Shown here piece by piece: positions 18,168 to 29,811 of a stretch of 64,000 nucleotides of DNA (position 1 is the first letter of the stretch; the number at the start of each line of letters is the position of its first letter). The notes beneath the pieces are model-generated. The model saw only the letters and a list, made by a program, of their open reading frames with translations, had not been told where the DNA came from and searched no databases. This DNA comes from a virus: IMG/VR virus record IMGVR_UViG_3300002461_001209; one strand, given 5' to 3'. The translations under genes were made by a program, and so were the position numbers.

Positions 18168-18200
18168 TATTGGTGTAAAATCGGCTCAGGAGAAAGTCTT

Positions 18201-18518
18201 ATGAATAAAAATCTAAAAGAATTTGTAGAAAGACAGGAAATAGATTCAATCAAAGAATTCGTAAAAGAAAACGGAGAGGCTTGCCTTTTTGAAAATGATG
18301 AGACTGGCAAAAGTTTACTTTATTATGCATTGCAAAACAATGTAGATAGAGGAAGAGTTTTGGTGGTTATGCAATATTTGCTCAACATGGGTGTAGATCC
18401 TAGCTCCGTTGATAGCTCTTTCAAGAGTGCTTTGGATTATGCAAAAGAGTATGGCAACATGCCAGCAATGGCTTTGATAGGACAAGCTATCAATAAAAGA
18501 ATGATTGAAAATCAGTAA
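18201..18518 (+). CDS. small ankyrin-repeat protein
   Basis: GKSLLYYA, MGVDPSSVDSSFKSALDYAKEYGN. Confidence 0.75.
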   Translation: MNKNLKEFVERQEIDSIKEFVKENGEACLFENDETGKSLLYYALQNNVDRGRVLVVMQYLLNMGVDPSSVDSSFKSALDYAKEYGNMPAMALIGQAINKRMIENQ

Positions 18519-18527
18519 TTGATTTTC

Positions 18528-19679
18528 TTATTTCTGCAAAGAACTTATCCAGCTTTGAACGCTTTCATGGCCTTTTTCTGAAATTCGGGAATCTATTTTT
18601 GAGAATATAGATTTCCATATCTGACAATAATGTGTCTTGCCATAAATATCATTTGATTGCTCAACTGCTTCCTTCATGCAACCACCTTGACATTCTTTAA
18701 AGTAACTGCAACTGTAGCATTCTGTTTTTAGTTTATAGCTTCTTTGAGCAATTTGCTCAAATAAATCATAATTCCAGGTTTCTTTAATGCTGTTGCCCAA
18801 CTTTAAATGTTTGGAGTCAGCCAAATCTAGGCAAACATATAAGTCTCCATTGGGTTCAAGATTTAATGAAACATATGCGCAATTGTGTTGTGAGGCACAG
18901 CCTGATACATTAATAAGCTCTGGATCGTTTTTTAAGTTGTATAATCTTTTTTGTGTAAAGCTTGCGAAAGGCTCTATAAGTATATTTTGTTGCATGAACC
19001 AGTTATCAAAAGCTTTTTCATATATAACTTGCATTTCATCTACAGAAATTTTCTCTACTTCACTACCCCCATAGAAGACAGGTCGGAGAGTGATATTGTA
19101 TTTTTTGTTGTTTGCTATTGAGATTTCTTCGTGAATGAAGTCTTTCATTGCGTAGTCTACAACAACAATACCATCAATGCTTCTGCCGATTGTTCTCTTG
19201 AGGCTTGAAGCATTTTTCAAAAAGATAGTCTTATATTTACTCGGATCTTTATTAACTGTTCTTTGATTGGTGAAGTTATCATAAGAAGTTCCAATATTAT
19301 CTGAGAACAGTTCACTTAGTTCTGCAACCTTTTTATATGATCCTATTAAGTTGGATTGAACGCCATGTCTGAAGTTTTTGAATAGTGGAGAGAGTTCATT
19401 TTTAACAATTTCTGTAAAATTTTTCAAGTAATCATGTGACACTGTCAATATTTCACCACCAACATACTGAACTGTAAGCATATCCCTGGTTCCACCCAGA
19501 TTGAATTCAAAAATCTTTGATTTGATAAAATCAATGGATTTTCTTAAATCATCCAATGACATGATTTTAGATTGGTTGTTTTCAAAAGATGAACAGTATG
19601 AACAATCTGCATTGCAGTTTTTTGTAACTCTTACATGCAGTGTCAATGTGTTTTGATTTGCAAAAAATATGTCTGACAA
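18528..19679 (-). CDS. radical SAM/SPASM protein
   Basis: CNADCSYC, YVGGE, C...GDLYVC, CYSCSYFKECQGGC...YC. Confidence 0.88.
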   Translation of the reverse strand: MSDIFFANQNTLTLHVRVTKNCNADCSYCSSFENNQSKIMSLDDLRKSIDFIKSKIFEFNLGGTRDMLTVQYVGGEILTVSHDYLKNFTEIVKNELSPLFKNFRHGVQSNLIGSYKKVAELSELFSDNIGTSYDNFTNQRTVNKDPSKYKTIFLKNASSLKRTIGRSIDGIVVVDYAMKDFIHEEISIANNKKYNITLRPVFYGGSEVEKISVDEMQVIYEKAFDNWFMQQNILIEPFASFTQKRLYNLKNDPELINVSGCASQHNCAYVSLNLEPNGDLYVCLDLADSKHLKLGNSIKETWNYDLFEQIAQRSYKLKTECYSCSYFKECQGGCMKEAVEQSNDIYGKTHYCQIWKSIFSKIDSRISEKGHESVQSWISSLQK

Positions 19680-20152
19680 TTTATTTATACCTCAATTTTG
19701 CTATAAACTTAACAAATAAATTGAATATTAGCAAATATAAAATCATTTTTTGTTAAAAATTTTCACTTTGTTTGTCAAAAAAAATAGTGTTACTCTTGTA
19801 TTTTTTAAATCTTTAAAATTGTTGAAGTAACATCAAGTTTTTAGGTGTTACTTCATTTATAAGGGGCAAATTTCTGTTTTTTTGACTTTTAAAAATTTGT
19901 TTATAAGTTACCTAGATGATATTTTTTTATATAGTAACGGGGCAAATAAGCATTGTGCTAAAAGTCAAGTTTTTTTTATCATATAAAATATTTTATTAAA
20001 AATTTTAGAGATTTTTTCAATATTTGGGTGATTTTAAGCGGTTATTTTTATTGATTAATAAAACAGTTTTAATATCTTTTCATAAGTGGTTTTTTACATT
20101 TTGCTATTTTTTGATTTTTGTTTTACAATCTATAAAAAATTAGGGTTTTAAG

Positions 20153-20599
20153 ATGAAAAAAGTGGAATCAGCGGGAGTTATCATTATTAGAAAGGACAGA
20201 GCAACTGGTGAGTTAAAAGTGTTGCTCATGAACTCTTACAACTTTTGGGATTTTCCTAAAGGTGGTATTGAATTGAATGAAAGCAAAATTCAAGCAGCCG
20301 TAAGGGAAGTTTCAGAAGAGACAGGTATTAAAAATCTGGACTTTATATGGGGAAAAACCTTTTATCAAACTGAAGAGTTCGGTAAAAACAGGAAGACTGT
20401 TTACTATTTTATTGCCAAAACTGATGAAGAAAATATCAAGATGGGGATAAGTCCTACTTTAGGAAGGCCAGAGCATGATGAATATCGTTGGGTTTCTTTT
20501 GAGGAAGCAAAACTCATGACAGTAGACAGAATAAGAAAGGCTCTTTCTTGGGCTGAAGACAGGGTAAAAGTAATCTATAAAAATAAAGTCACTCTATGA
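20153..20599 (+). CDS. Nudix hydrolase, asymmetrical Ap4A hydrolase-like
   Basis: SAGVII, WDFPKGG-Nudix box GIELNESKIQAAVREVSEETG, EHDEYRW. Confidence 0.85.
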   Translation: MKKVESAGVIIIRKDRATGELKVLLMNSYNFWDFPKGGIELNESKIQAAVREVSEETGIKNLDFIWGKTFYQTEEFGKNRKTVYYFIAKTDEENIKMGISPTLGRPEHDEYRWVSFEEAKLMTVDRIRKALSWAEDRVKVIYKNKVTL

Positions 20600-20612
20600 G
20601 ATTTAAGAAAAA

Positions 20613-21614
20613 ATGAATGTTGAAAAATTAACCCCTAGAAAAGCAATGGATTTACTGTCTGTTGTGATTCTTGCTGGTGTTTTTTTTTACTGTATTTTTA
20701 ACTTCTTTCTTGTCATTAATTATTTCAGAGTTGGAGATTTACTCAACAATTATAATCTGAAACTCTTGTTTCAAGATATTGTATTTGTACACTCTGGGTT
20801 AATCACATCAGGATTCTTACTGGTCTTGTATGCCTTATTTAAGAAAAAGATGATGTTGATAGAATTTACTCTAATAACTCTCTTAGGATTTTTCTCTGGC
20901 TTATATGGATATATGGACACAGTTATACATGAATCTTTATTCAATTCAGGTGTTTATGGTTTTTTAATGCGTGAGGGGCAATCAATTTTAAATCCACAAT
21001 ACACAAGAATATTTCTATATATTGCTGTACTGCTTCTGTTGTTCTTCGTGATAATTTTATCCAAGGCATATAAGTTGCAGCGTGTTTTTATATTTTTAAT
21101 TGGGGCGTCTATTTTAAGCACAACAATTATATTTCACTTTGCTATTCCTATGGGCTACTTCAAGTTTGTGAGGAATAATGCTCTATATGAGATGGGATAT
21201 GAAATTCAAAACAAAGAAATAAAGGATATTTGTAAACAGAAGAATTGTGTTGTTTTTGATTCTAATTGGAAAGTGGTATTTAAGGATGATGAGATAAGTG
21301 AAGACTTTTTAGAATTTTATGATCCACAAATTGCCCCTATCAGGGATATGTTTGATAAATTTGGTGCAAAATATTATTCTAATTTTTTAAGTAATTTCAG
21401 AGGAAATACATTTGATTATGTACCTGTAATTGTGGTCAAAGGTGATAATAATTTTATTTTAATTACGGATGAATCACTGACAACAGGTTACTCAAGAATT
21501 TCAGAATTGGTATTTGTATCTATTACGGTGGTGGCTCACTTGTTTTGGTACTTTTTAGGATTTGCTTTGTATATTCTTCATTCAGGCAGGAAAATTTACA
21601 GATTGTCTGTTTGA
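20613..21614 (+). CDS. multi-pass membrane protein
   Basis: About 6-7 hydrophobic segments. Confidence 0.7.
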   Translation: MNVEKLTPRKAMDLLSVVILAGVFFYCIFNFFLVINYFRVGDLLNNYNLKLLFQDIVFVHSGLITSGFLLVLYALFKKKMMLIEFTLITLLGFFSGLYGYMDTVIHESLFNSGVYGFLMREGQSILNPQYTRIFLYIAVLLLLFFVIILSKAYKLQRVFIFLIGASILSTTIIFHFAIPMGYFKFVRNNALYEMGYEIQNKEIKDICKQKNCVVFDSNWKVVFKDDEISEDFLEFYDPQIAPIRDMFDKFGAKYYSNFLSNFRGNTFDYVPVIVVKGDNNFILITDESLTTGYSRISELVFVSITVVAHLFWYFLGFALYILHSGRKIYRLSV

Positions 21615-22108
21615 GAGATTTTCTTAAATTCGCTAATAGCCTCACTGATATCTTTCCAAGCATATCCTCTAGAAGCAAGGAAGCTGGCATATTTTTGATA
21701 GTTATCTGGATTGAATGTTTTGTATTTATTAATAAGTAGTTGTTGAATTTTTGTGTTTAAGTTTTCTTGGAAGTCATCTTCTGATGTTTTATTGGATATG
21801 ATTTGCTCAATAAGGTCTTGCTCTATCCCCTTTTGTTTTAGTCGGTATGATATTTTTTTAATACCTTCTTTGCGTATATATTGGTTGAAGATAGAGTTAG
21901 CTCTTCTCTCATCATTGATGTATGACATTTGAACCAACTTGGTGCATACACTGGAGATGATTTTTTCATCTGGTTGGTATTTTTTCATTTTCTCTTTGAT
22001 TTCAAATTCAGAGTAATCACGTTTGGACAGTAGCCATATGGAGTAGCTCATGAGCCGTTTTTCATCAAAGATTTTGGGTTTGATTTCCTTATTGGTGTTG
22101 TATTTCAT
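21596..22108 (-). CDS. recX: regulatory protein RecX
   Basis: LLSKRDYSEFEIKEKM, YINDERRA, L.QKGI, FLASRGY three-helix repeats. Confidence 0.88.
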   Translation of the reverse strand: MKYNTNKEIKPKIFDEKRLMSYSIWLLSKRDYSEFEIKEKMKKYQPDEKIISSVCTKLVQMSYINDERRANSIFNQYIRKEGIKKISYRLKQKGIEQDLIEQIISNKTSEDDFQENLNTKIQQLLINKYKTFNPDNYQKYASFLASRGYAWKDISEAISEFKKISQTDNL

Positions 22109-22215
22109 ATGAAAGATACTATATCACACAAAGATATTTTTGTAAAACGATTTATTTTTTTAAAAAATCTGCTTATATAATGTATAATGACGATTAAGAA
22201 TTTAGGAGTTAACTT

Positions 22216-22998
22216 ATGAATATTAAGCCGAGAAAAGTTGAGCCTGGTTATATGAAGAGGTGGTTCAAGCAATCTGTTGCGATGATGATTTATTCACCTT
22301 TGAATTGGATTTTAGTGCTTTCTTGTTTTTACCTGCTGGATGGATACAACATCAATACGGTAGCTAAAATCTTGATGGGTATGTTTTTTGTGGTATTGGG
22401 ATTGGAGTTTTCTCATTATGCATATGAGAGGAAAAACAGTCTGGATGTGTTTGTGAGGTCTTTGGTAAACACATTTAAGTCATTCTTTATGCAAATCAAG
22501 TTAAGGCTTGTTGTGCTTATTTTTGTATTAGGTGCTATTGCATTGTTGAATTATGCTCAGGACGCAGCCCTTGCGAAGATGACTGCTGAAGAATTGGCAA
22601 AGATTGAGAAGAGGGTTCCACGCTTCATGGGTGACAGTGTATGGTTCTTTATTTTTGGTGTGACTTTCCTGAACATGGGTGGAATGATGAGAATTTTCTC
22701 ACATCTTCTAAATAGGTATTTCGGTGTTGAGGAAAGAGCCATTATTGATGTCCAGTGTCATAATGCTGCTATGGAGAACAAGGATGTGAATGTAACTAAT
22801 GAAGTTGCTTTGTTTGGTCTTATCTTTGTTTTGGGGATTTTGTTTCCTACTTTGATTTTCATTATCTATCCTGTGTATTGTGGAATGGTCTATTTGGCAT
22901 TCAGGGAAATATTTGTGGGTGACAATGAAGTGAAGGTTGAAGAAGATGTTAAGGAAGAGAGTTTCATTGCAAAACCTGCACTTATTGATAATAGGTGA
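22216..22998 (+). CDS. membrane protein, possibly BPSS1780-like
   Basis: PRKVEPG...W N-terminus and several TM segments; AGGAG RBS. Confidence 0.6.
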   Translation: MNIKPRKVEPGYMKRWFKQSVAMMIYSPLNWILVLSCFYLLDGYNINTVAKILMGMFFVVLGLEFSHYAYERKNSLDVFVRSLVNTFKSFFMQIKLRLVVLIFVLGAIALLNYAQDAALAKMTAEELAKIEKRVPRFMGDSVWFFIFGVTFLNMGGMMRIFSHLLNRYFGVEERAIIDVQCHNAAMENKDVNVTNEVALFGLIFVLGILFPTLIFIIYPVYCGMVYLAFREIFVGDNEVKVEEDVKEESFIAKPALIDNR

Positions 22999-23053
22999 AA
23001 TATATGTGGTAATGATATGGTGGTATAACTTACTGCTATATAACAGTTTAGAT

Positions 23054-23097
23054 ATCTGCCTGTATTAAGAAATTCTTAAATCAGGCAGATTTTTTTT
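23054..23097 (+). terminator. long-stem terminator
   Basis: ATCTGCCTG..TTAAGA..TCTTAA..CAGGCAGAT followed by a T run. Confidence 0.75.
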
Positions 23098-23247
23098 ATT
23101 CATAGTTTTGTGAATAATTAATTATAATGGCTATTTTGATTTTCATTGGTGGGAATGGTTTGACGCAGCTAGGGATTAAATTATTGAATTTGTGGATTAA
23201 AAAAACATCTGAAAATCAGATGTTTTTTATTTTGGTTTGGTTTTTAT

Positions 23248-23577
23248 TTAAAACAATTTAAGTTGTTTGGGGTCATCATTTTTAGGTTTTGAATTTTTAA
23301 TGACTTTTTCTGGAAAATCAAGACGCTCAAGAAATTGATTTTGCCATTGTTTAGGAACTTTTTTCCAAGATACTTCTGTGCATTGTTTTTCAAGAAATTC
23401 TGCTGATACAGAGCTAATGCATAATGAGCTTGCTTGGGAGTCTATGGCAGCGCATAGGGATTCAAGGTGTCCTTGTGGGTGGTGTTTGGAGCTTGAGAGA
23501 TCTACAAGAAGGTAGTCATCTTTATATTTTTCTTTAAATGTTTGTAATCCTAGTAGTCTTTTTCCGTTGATAATCAT
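23248..23577 (-). CDS. hypothetical protein
   Basis: 109 aa, AGAG RBS. Confidence 0.65.
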   Translation of the reverse strand: MIINGKRLLGLQTFKEKYKDDYLLVDLSSSKHHPQGHLESLCAAIDSQASSLCISSVSAEFLEKQCTEVSWKKVPKQWQNQFLERLDFPEKVIKNSKPKNDDPKQLKLF

Positions 23578-23637
23578 GTTTATTCTCTTGTAGTGTTTAT
23601 ATATCTTAATATATTGAAAATAATATTCAATATCTGG

Positions 23638-24489
23638 TTATATTTTTTTAACAGGTTTATTGGGATTGTTATCTTGTGATGGTTTATTTAAATTTTGCTC
23701 TAAGTAAAAGGTATTAAACAATATGAGTGTGGTATTTATTTCATCATAGAGTTGATTGAATTTTTCTTTACCCAATAGTTTTATTGAGGACATGGTAGAT
23801 TTTTTCATAATAGACTCATCATCAAAATCAAAAACAGGGTCAAATGATGTGAGTGGATTTTGATTTTTGTATATATGGTGGTGAAAGTCTTGGGTACAGG
23901 TTATAAAATGTTTTCTAAATGTTGATTGAATGAAATCATTGCCAAAGTCTTTTTCAAGGACTATTGAAATATGACTTGTGAGAATGAAGTTGGATAGGAT
24001 AAATGGGATTGATGTGTTTTCAATTTTTTCTTCTAGGTTTATTAGTCTGGAGAATACATTTTTATCACCTTTTCCTAATGCATAGTTGAGGGTATATGGA
24101 AGTATTTTTTTATATAATTTAGGAAACTTTTGAGTCAAATAGTTTGTATTTGGTTGTCAAAGTAGATAAATTTATTTGCAATCGTTTGTGATTTTTTAAT
24201 AATTTGAACTTCCATCTTATCTTTATCTATTGGGTTGAGTGAGTTGATGAGAGGTATGGAGTGGTTTTTTTCAAATGGGTTGAAGTTTATGTTGGCTGTG
24301 TTGTTTTCTTTAAGTATATGCTCTATGGAGGAATTTATAATCATATCTTCTTTAATGGAGAAGTTGGTTTTAAGAAATTCAAGACTTAAATTTTCAAAAT
24401 CTGATTTAAGTATTTCTAGTAAAAAGCCTTCTTTTTGATGTTGGTTGAGTTATTTTATGTTGATTTTGATTAAATTTTTTACTGCTCAT
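23638..24489 (-). pseudogene. probable single gene broken by two frameshifts (near 24455 and 24138)
   Basis: ATG 24489 frame stops early; a second frame (HQKEGFLLEILKSDF...) runs into ORF 24135-24344, which overlaps TTG-started ORF 23638-24138. Confidence 0.45.
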
Positions 24490-24683
24490 ACATTGAGTAT
24501 AGCAAAAGTTTGAGGTAATTTAAAGATTAAGTGTTTTGGTTTTTTTAAGTTGTGTTATAAGTTGTATTTTTAAGATTTCAACACAAGGAATTTCTTAAAT
24601 AAGGAAGTGAGATAATTAAGCAATATTAGCTTGGTTATTAAGCGGAAAAATTTATGATGTAATTATTGTTTATAGGATTTTAC

Positions 24684-26601
24684 TTATTCTTTTATTTGTA
24701 ATTTTTCCATAAAGAGTTTTTCAATATCTTTGAGAACTTGGGTATCGTCACCTACCATGGAGTTCATGTTGATGAGTCTTCTGAGGACAATTTGGGCGAT
24801 ATCTTGCTCTATGGTGTTGGTGAGGAATAGCCAGTAGATTTGTGAGAATTTACCATCTCTGTGGGTTCTACCTTCAATTTGGTTCATGGAGATAGCAGAC
24901 CATCTGAGGTCATGGATAAGCATGATTCTTGGTGTGCCGTTGTGCTCTCCTTGGTGTAGTGATATAGCTTCTTCTACAGTGAATAGGATGACTTTGGTTT
25001 TTCCAGTTTGAAAGTCCATTCTATTTTGTTCTTTTTCTTTGGGTGATATTTGACCGTGTATGACGGAGCAATCTATGTTTTGTTTAGCGAGTTTTTCTTT
25101 AATGAGTGAGAGTGTTTCTTGGAAAGCGACACTGACAGCGACTTGGTGGTTGTTTTCCAAGCCGTTGATAATATATTCAATGGTTGAGTCAATTTTAAGG
25201 ATAGAGGCTTTTTGTCTGAATCTTAAGTTTGCAACGAGTTGGTTGACATCACCTTTTTGTTTAAGGGATTTATTGTTGAGTGATTTATACTCGTTATGTT
25301 TAAGTTTTTTAAATTCATCCCAAGCTGCTTGGTATAGGGGTATTTGTTCGGGACTGAGTTCAATGTGTGTAAGTTCACGATTAATTTCAGGCCAGCCAGC
25401 GATATCGGTTGGATTTCTTCTGATAGCTGTGAACCATCCCAAACCCATTTACCGAATTCTGCTCTTGATACGCCGAGACTCATGGATTTACACCATTGTT
25501 CAAAGTCATCCATACTGCTGGCTTTTTCTCCAGTGATAGAAGAAAGTAGAGGTATAAGGTATGAAAGCTCTAATGGGTTTTGTCCTGCTGTAGCACTTAA
25601 AAAGAGATTGAACTGTGAATTGTCGGATATTTTTCTACCTAGTTTAGCTCTCATGGAGGTGCTATTTTTCATTTTATGAGATTCATCCCAAATGCTGAAA
25701 TCAAAAATAGGTGCAAGGGAATTATTTTTTATTCTTTTATTTTTAGCTTTTTTACTTTTTGCTTTTGTTTTATATTTATCATCTTGAACTTTAAATAGTT
25801 TTTGTAGTCTATCGTAGTTGATGATGAGTATTTTAAATTTATCTGTATCAAACTGGAGAAGGGTGTTACGCCAGTGGGCTATAGCAGCAAGTGTTGTAAC
25901 GATGAGAACGGTTCTTTTATCTTTATGGAAGATAAGTTTATTGCTTTCTTTATCTATACTGAAGGCTGGATATTTGCTGTTTAGATTAATTTTTCTAATT
26001 GAAGAAAGTGAGCTAATGGTTTTACCAAGGCCAACCTGGTCAGCAATTAGGAATCCAGAATATTTCTTAGAGAAGGCTTTAGCAGCCATATCGCCAGCGA
26101 TGCTTTGATGTGGTCTTATATCCCATATATCTTTGTCAGGCATTAGAGCTTGTGTTTGTGGTCTATGTTTTGAGTTAAGGAAGAATTCAATCCAGGATTC
26201 GTATGAAAATGGCTGGCTTAGATATGGTTTAATATCTTCTGAGGGTTGTCTGGTTCTAATTGTGTATGTCTTGTAGGTAGAATTCCAAGAGAGTCCTAAT
26301 CTGGAGGCATTTTCTCTTAGTTCAAATGGGTAGTCTACACAATATATATACAGATCATTTTCGTTGATAGGTTTTCTGAGAAATCTGGCCAATCCATATT
26401 ATCATTTTGTTCATCTTTATTGTCGGGTATGATTTCCATGCTACCTGGAATGATGAATGGTTTAAATTCTTCTGGGATGGTGTTACCTGAGAACTCCCAA
26501 GATTTGCTGATGGGTTCCCACCATAGGGCAGATTTATGCTCTTTGGCGATTTGTTTTGCTTTATCTTTGAAGTCGAAGGGTATTTTCAGTAGTGCTTTCA
26601 T
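24684..26601 (-). pseudogene. SF2/SNF2-like helicase with two N-terminal DUF5710-like repeats, split by two frameshifts
   Basis: DQVGLGKT (I), WDESH (II), LSAT (III) in 25223-26392; HGQ, QIEGRTHR (VI) in 24684-25448; N-terminal piece 26335-26601. Confidence 0.8.
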
Positions 26602-26660
26602 ACTGAGAAAATTAACAATTTAGATGATTGAAGTCAAATTTTAATAAAATTATATTTGTT

Positions 26661-27530
26661 TTATATTTTTATCTTTTTTGGTAATACATCTGTTGTTGTA
26701 TTATTTTTATTGATGTGTTTTTCAAGAGATTTATGATTTTTTTGAATGATTTTCTTTGTTAATACACTGGTAATGTTTTTCTTGTTAAGCCAATAGGGTT
26801 TAGGTGCTTGGGTGCCATTGAGCATATTGAAGTCATCTTTAAGTGCCCAAGGTGTCCAAGAGCTTAAGTTTTGAGAAAATGAGGATGATGTAAACATATT
26901 GGTCATACGTTCTACATTAGATACGTTCCATTTACTGATATTTTGATTGAATTTGGAATTATAAAACATTTGATCCATGCTGGTTACACGAGAAACGTCC
27001 CATTGAGATATATCTTGATTAAATTGTGATGTATCAAAAATACATGTCATGTCTATAACATTCGAAGTATTCCAATTGTTGATATTTTTATTAAAGACAG
27101 ATTTATAGAACATGAAAGACATGTTTTTAACATTACTAACATCCCATTGAGAAATATCACCATTGAAGTTAGAATCTTCAAAAACAGAGGTCATAAATTT
27201 AACACTAGATACATTCCATTTACTTAAGTTACCATTAAACTTTGATTTATTAAACATATCATCCATATGTATTAAATTAGAAACATCCCATAGACTAATA
27301 TCACCACGAAAATTAGATGAGCAGAACATGCCTTTCATATCTACCACATTAGATACATTCCATTGACTGATATCACCATTAAATTTTGAGTTTGAAAATA
27401 GACTTGAAAAATCTTTAACATTGGAAACATCAATATGATTCAAATCACATGTATTGCCGTGAATTTTAATTTCTTTTTTAATTAAAAATTCAAGATGTGC
27501 TTTATCTTCAGCTATTATTGTTTCTTTCAT
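26661..27530 (-). CDS. DUF285/BspA-like LRR protein, 289 aa
   Basis: N-cap, repeats, C-cap, tail KKIKI. Confidence 0.9.
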   Translation of the reverse strand: MKETIIAEDKAHLEFLIKKEIKIHGNTCDLNHIDVSNVKDFSSLFSNSKFNGDISQWNVSNVVDMKGMFCSSNFRGDISLWDVSNLIHMDDMFNKSKFNGNLSKWNVSSVKFMTSVFEDSNFNGDISQWDVSNVKNMSFMFYKSVFNKNINNWNTSNVIDMTCIFDTSQFNQDISQWDVSRVTSMDQMFYNSKFNQNISKWNVSNVERMTNMFTSSSFSQNLSSWTPWALKDDFNMLNGTQAPKPYWLNKKNITSVLTKKIIQKNHKSLEKHINKNNTTTDVLPKKIKI

Positions 27531-27549
27531 ATTTTTATTTTATTATATT

Positions 27550-27960
27550 TTAAGTCTTTGGTATGTTATGTGCTTCAACCCAATAGGGGACAGGTGCTGG
27601 ACAACTAATAAATATATCAATTTTATTTGTTAGACTCAATGGCTTCCAATCATTTAAGTCTTGGTTAAATTCTGAATCTGCAAACATACTGTCCATATCT
27701 TCAACCTTAGATACATTCCAATTACTTATATCATTATTAAATTTTGAACCAATGAACATACCATCCATTCTTTGAACATTAGATACATCCCACTTTGATA
27801 TGTCGCCATTAAATTCAGAATCAATAAATAAACTATTCATTGTTTTTATATTTGAAACATCTATATGGTTCAGGTCACATTCATAACCAAAGTCAATAAT
27901 TTCTTTATTTATTAGTGTCTTAAGATGCTCTAAATCTTGAGCTAAAATCGTTATTTTCAT
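27550..27960 (-). CDS. DUF285 protein, 136 aa, with the tail out of frame
   Basis: Stops at HNIPKT; DLKYNKIKI tail lies in another frame. Confidence 0.8.
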   Translation of the reverse strand: MKITILAQDLEHLKTLINKEIIDFGYECDLNHIDVSNIKTMNSLFIDSEFNGDISKWDVSNVQRMDGMFIGSKFNNDISNWNVSKVEDMDSMFADSEFNQDLNDWKPLSLTNKIDIFISCPAPVPYWVEAHNIPKT

Positions 27961-28517
27961 ATTTTTATTTTATGAGATTTCACATTTTTATCAACAAGTG
28001 AAGATTCTAATTCTTTGTTAAGCCAATAACTATTAACTGCTTGAGGTGTATTTTCAACTTCTGCCCAATATGGAATTGGTGCATTACAGCTATAAAAAGC
28101 ATCATATTTTTTTTGTAAATTGATGGGCTTCCAAATAGTTAAGTCTTTATTGAATTCAGAATTAGAAAATATATTAATCATTTCTTTTACATTTGAAACA
28201 TCCCAATTACTTATATCTTGATTAAACTTAGAAAGATCAAACATACAGTTCATATTTATTACTTTAGATGTATTCCATTTAGATATATCACGATTAAATA
28301 CTGATTCATAAAACATATGGCTCATATATTCAACATTTGATACATCCCACTTACTTATATCACCATTAAAAAAACTATCAAAAAATAATTTCCCCATATC
28401 TGTTATTTTAGAAGTATTGATATGATTTAAATGACATGTATTACCGTGAAGTTTAATTTCTTTTTTAATTAAAAATTCAAGATGTGCTTTATCTTCAGCT
28501 ATTATTGTTTCTTTCAT
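27957..28517 (-). CDS. DUF285 protein, 186 aa
   Basis: Same architecture. Confidence 0.9.
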   Translation of the reverse strand: MKETIIAEDKAHLEFLIKKEIKLHGNTCHLNHINTSKITDMGKLFFDSFFNGDISKWDVSNVEYMSHMFYESVFNRDISKWNTSKVINMNCMFDLSKFNQDISNWDVSNVKEMINIFSNSEFNKDLTIWKPINLQKKYDAFYSCNAPIPYWAEVENTPQAVNSYWLNKELESSLVDKNVKSHKIKI

Positions 28518-29245
28518 ATTTTTATTTTATTATATTTTAAGTCTTTTTTAATTAATTGAAAGGTATCTCCTGGATTTGCCCAGTAAGGAATATTTGCTTT
28601 ACAATCAGTAAATATTTTATCTTTATTCTCTAAAGCTATAGGTTCCCAATCAGTTAAATCTTGTGTAATTTCAGATAGAAAAAACATAGATCGCATATTT
28701 GTAACTTTTTGAACATTCCAATTACTTATGTCTTTGTTAAATATTGATTTATAAAACATATAATTCATATTTTGAACATTAGAGACATCCCAACTGGATA
28801 TATTTTGGTCAAATTTTGATTCTTCAAACATAGACCCCATATCTGTTACATTGGAGACATTCCATTTGCTGATATCATTGTTAAATTTAGATTTAAAAAA
28901 CATAGATCCCATATCTTTCATATTATGTAAAGTCCATTTGCTTATGTCTTGATTAAAGGAAGATAATTGAAAAATTCCATGCATACATTCAACGTTTGAA
29001 ACATCCCACTTTGATATATCTCCGTTGAATTTGGAAGTATCAAACATTCCAGTCATTTTCTTAACATTAGAAACATTCCAATTGCTAATATCCCCATTAA
29101 AGAATGAGTGTGCAAATAAATCACTCATATCTTCTATATTTGAAACATCAATATGATTTAAATTACAATTATTACCGTTAAGCTGGGTTTCTTTTTCAAT
29201 TATTTTAATTAAATGACCTATATTTTTAGCTATTATTGTTTTCAT
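28514..29245 (-). CDS. DUF285 protein, 243 aa
   Basis: Same architecture. Confidence 0.9.
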   Translation of the reverse strand: MKTIIAKNIGHLIKIIEKETQLNGNNCNLNHIDVSNIEDMSDLFAHSFFNGDISNWNVSNVKKMTGMFDTSKFNGDISKWDVSNVECMHGIFQLSSFNQDISKWTLHNMKDMGSMFFKSKFNNDISKWNVSNVTDMGSMFEESKFDQNISSWDVSNVQNMNYMFYKSIFNKDISNWNVQKVTNMRSMFFLSEITQDLTDWEPIALENKDKIFTDCKANIPYWANPGDTFQLIKKDLKYNKIKI

Positions 29246-29811
29246 ATTTTTATTTTATGAGATATTACTTTTTTATCAATTAAAGATGAATCAAGATTTT
29301 CTTGCATTTTTATAGTTTTATATTCTTTAACCAGTTGTGCAGTGTCACCTGGATATACCCAATAAGGAACAGGTGCAGAGCAATATCGAAACATATAATC
29401 CTTTTTAATTAAATTAAATGGCATCCAAATAGTTAAATCTTGTTTGAATTGTGAATCTTGAAACATTTGTTGCATATATTGAACATTTGAAATATCCCAT
29501 TTGCTTATATCTTGATTGAATTCAGATTTAGAAAACATGGAGCACATATCTTGAACATTAGATACATCCCAATCAGATATGTTTCCATTAAATTTAGAAT
29601 TAGAGAACATTGAAAACATTGATGTTACATTGGAAGTATTCCATTTGGATATATTCCCATTGAATTGAGATTGATAAAATAAGGCACTCATATCAGTAAT
29701 GTTTGATACATCAATATGATTTAAATCGCAATCGTTACCATATAGTGAAATTTCCTTTTCAAAAATTTTTATTAGTTCTCCTGTATTTTCAGGGGTTATT
29801 ATTGTTTTCAT
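29242..29811 (-). CDS. DUF285 protein, 189 aa
   Basis: Same architecture. Confidence 0.9.
   Translation of the reverse strand: MKTIITPENTGELIKIFEKEISLYGNDCDLNHIDVSNITDMSALFYQSQFNGNISKWNTSNVTSMFSMFSNSKFNGNISDWDVSNVQDMCSMFSKSEFNQDISKWDISNVQYMQQMFQDSQFKQDLTIWMPFNLIKKDYMFRYCSAPVPYWVYPGDTAQLVKEYKTIKMQENLDSSLIDKKVISHKIKI

Noticed and set aside
16965-19679. DUF285 W-x-x motifs (WNVS/WDVS) as substrates of the SPASM enzymes, by analogy to triceptide/darobactin cores
   Set aside because: The Trp is a structural core residue of the repeat, there is no leader peptide, and the genes are not adjacent; no sequence support.
19860-19960. c-di-GMP-I riboswitch suggested by GGCAAA
   Set aside because: Tetraloop, receptor and P2 elements are absent.
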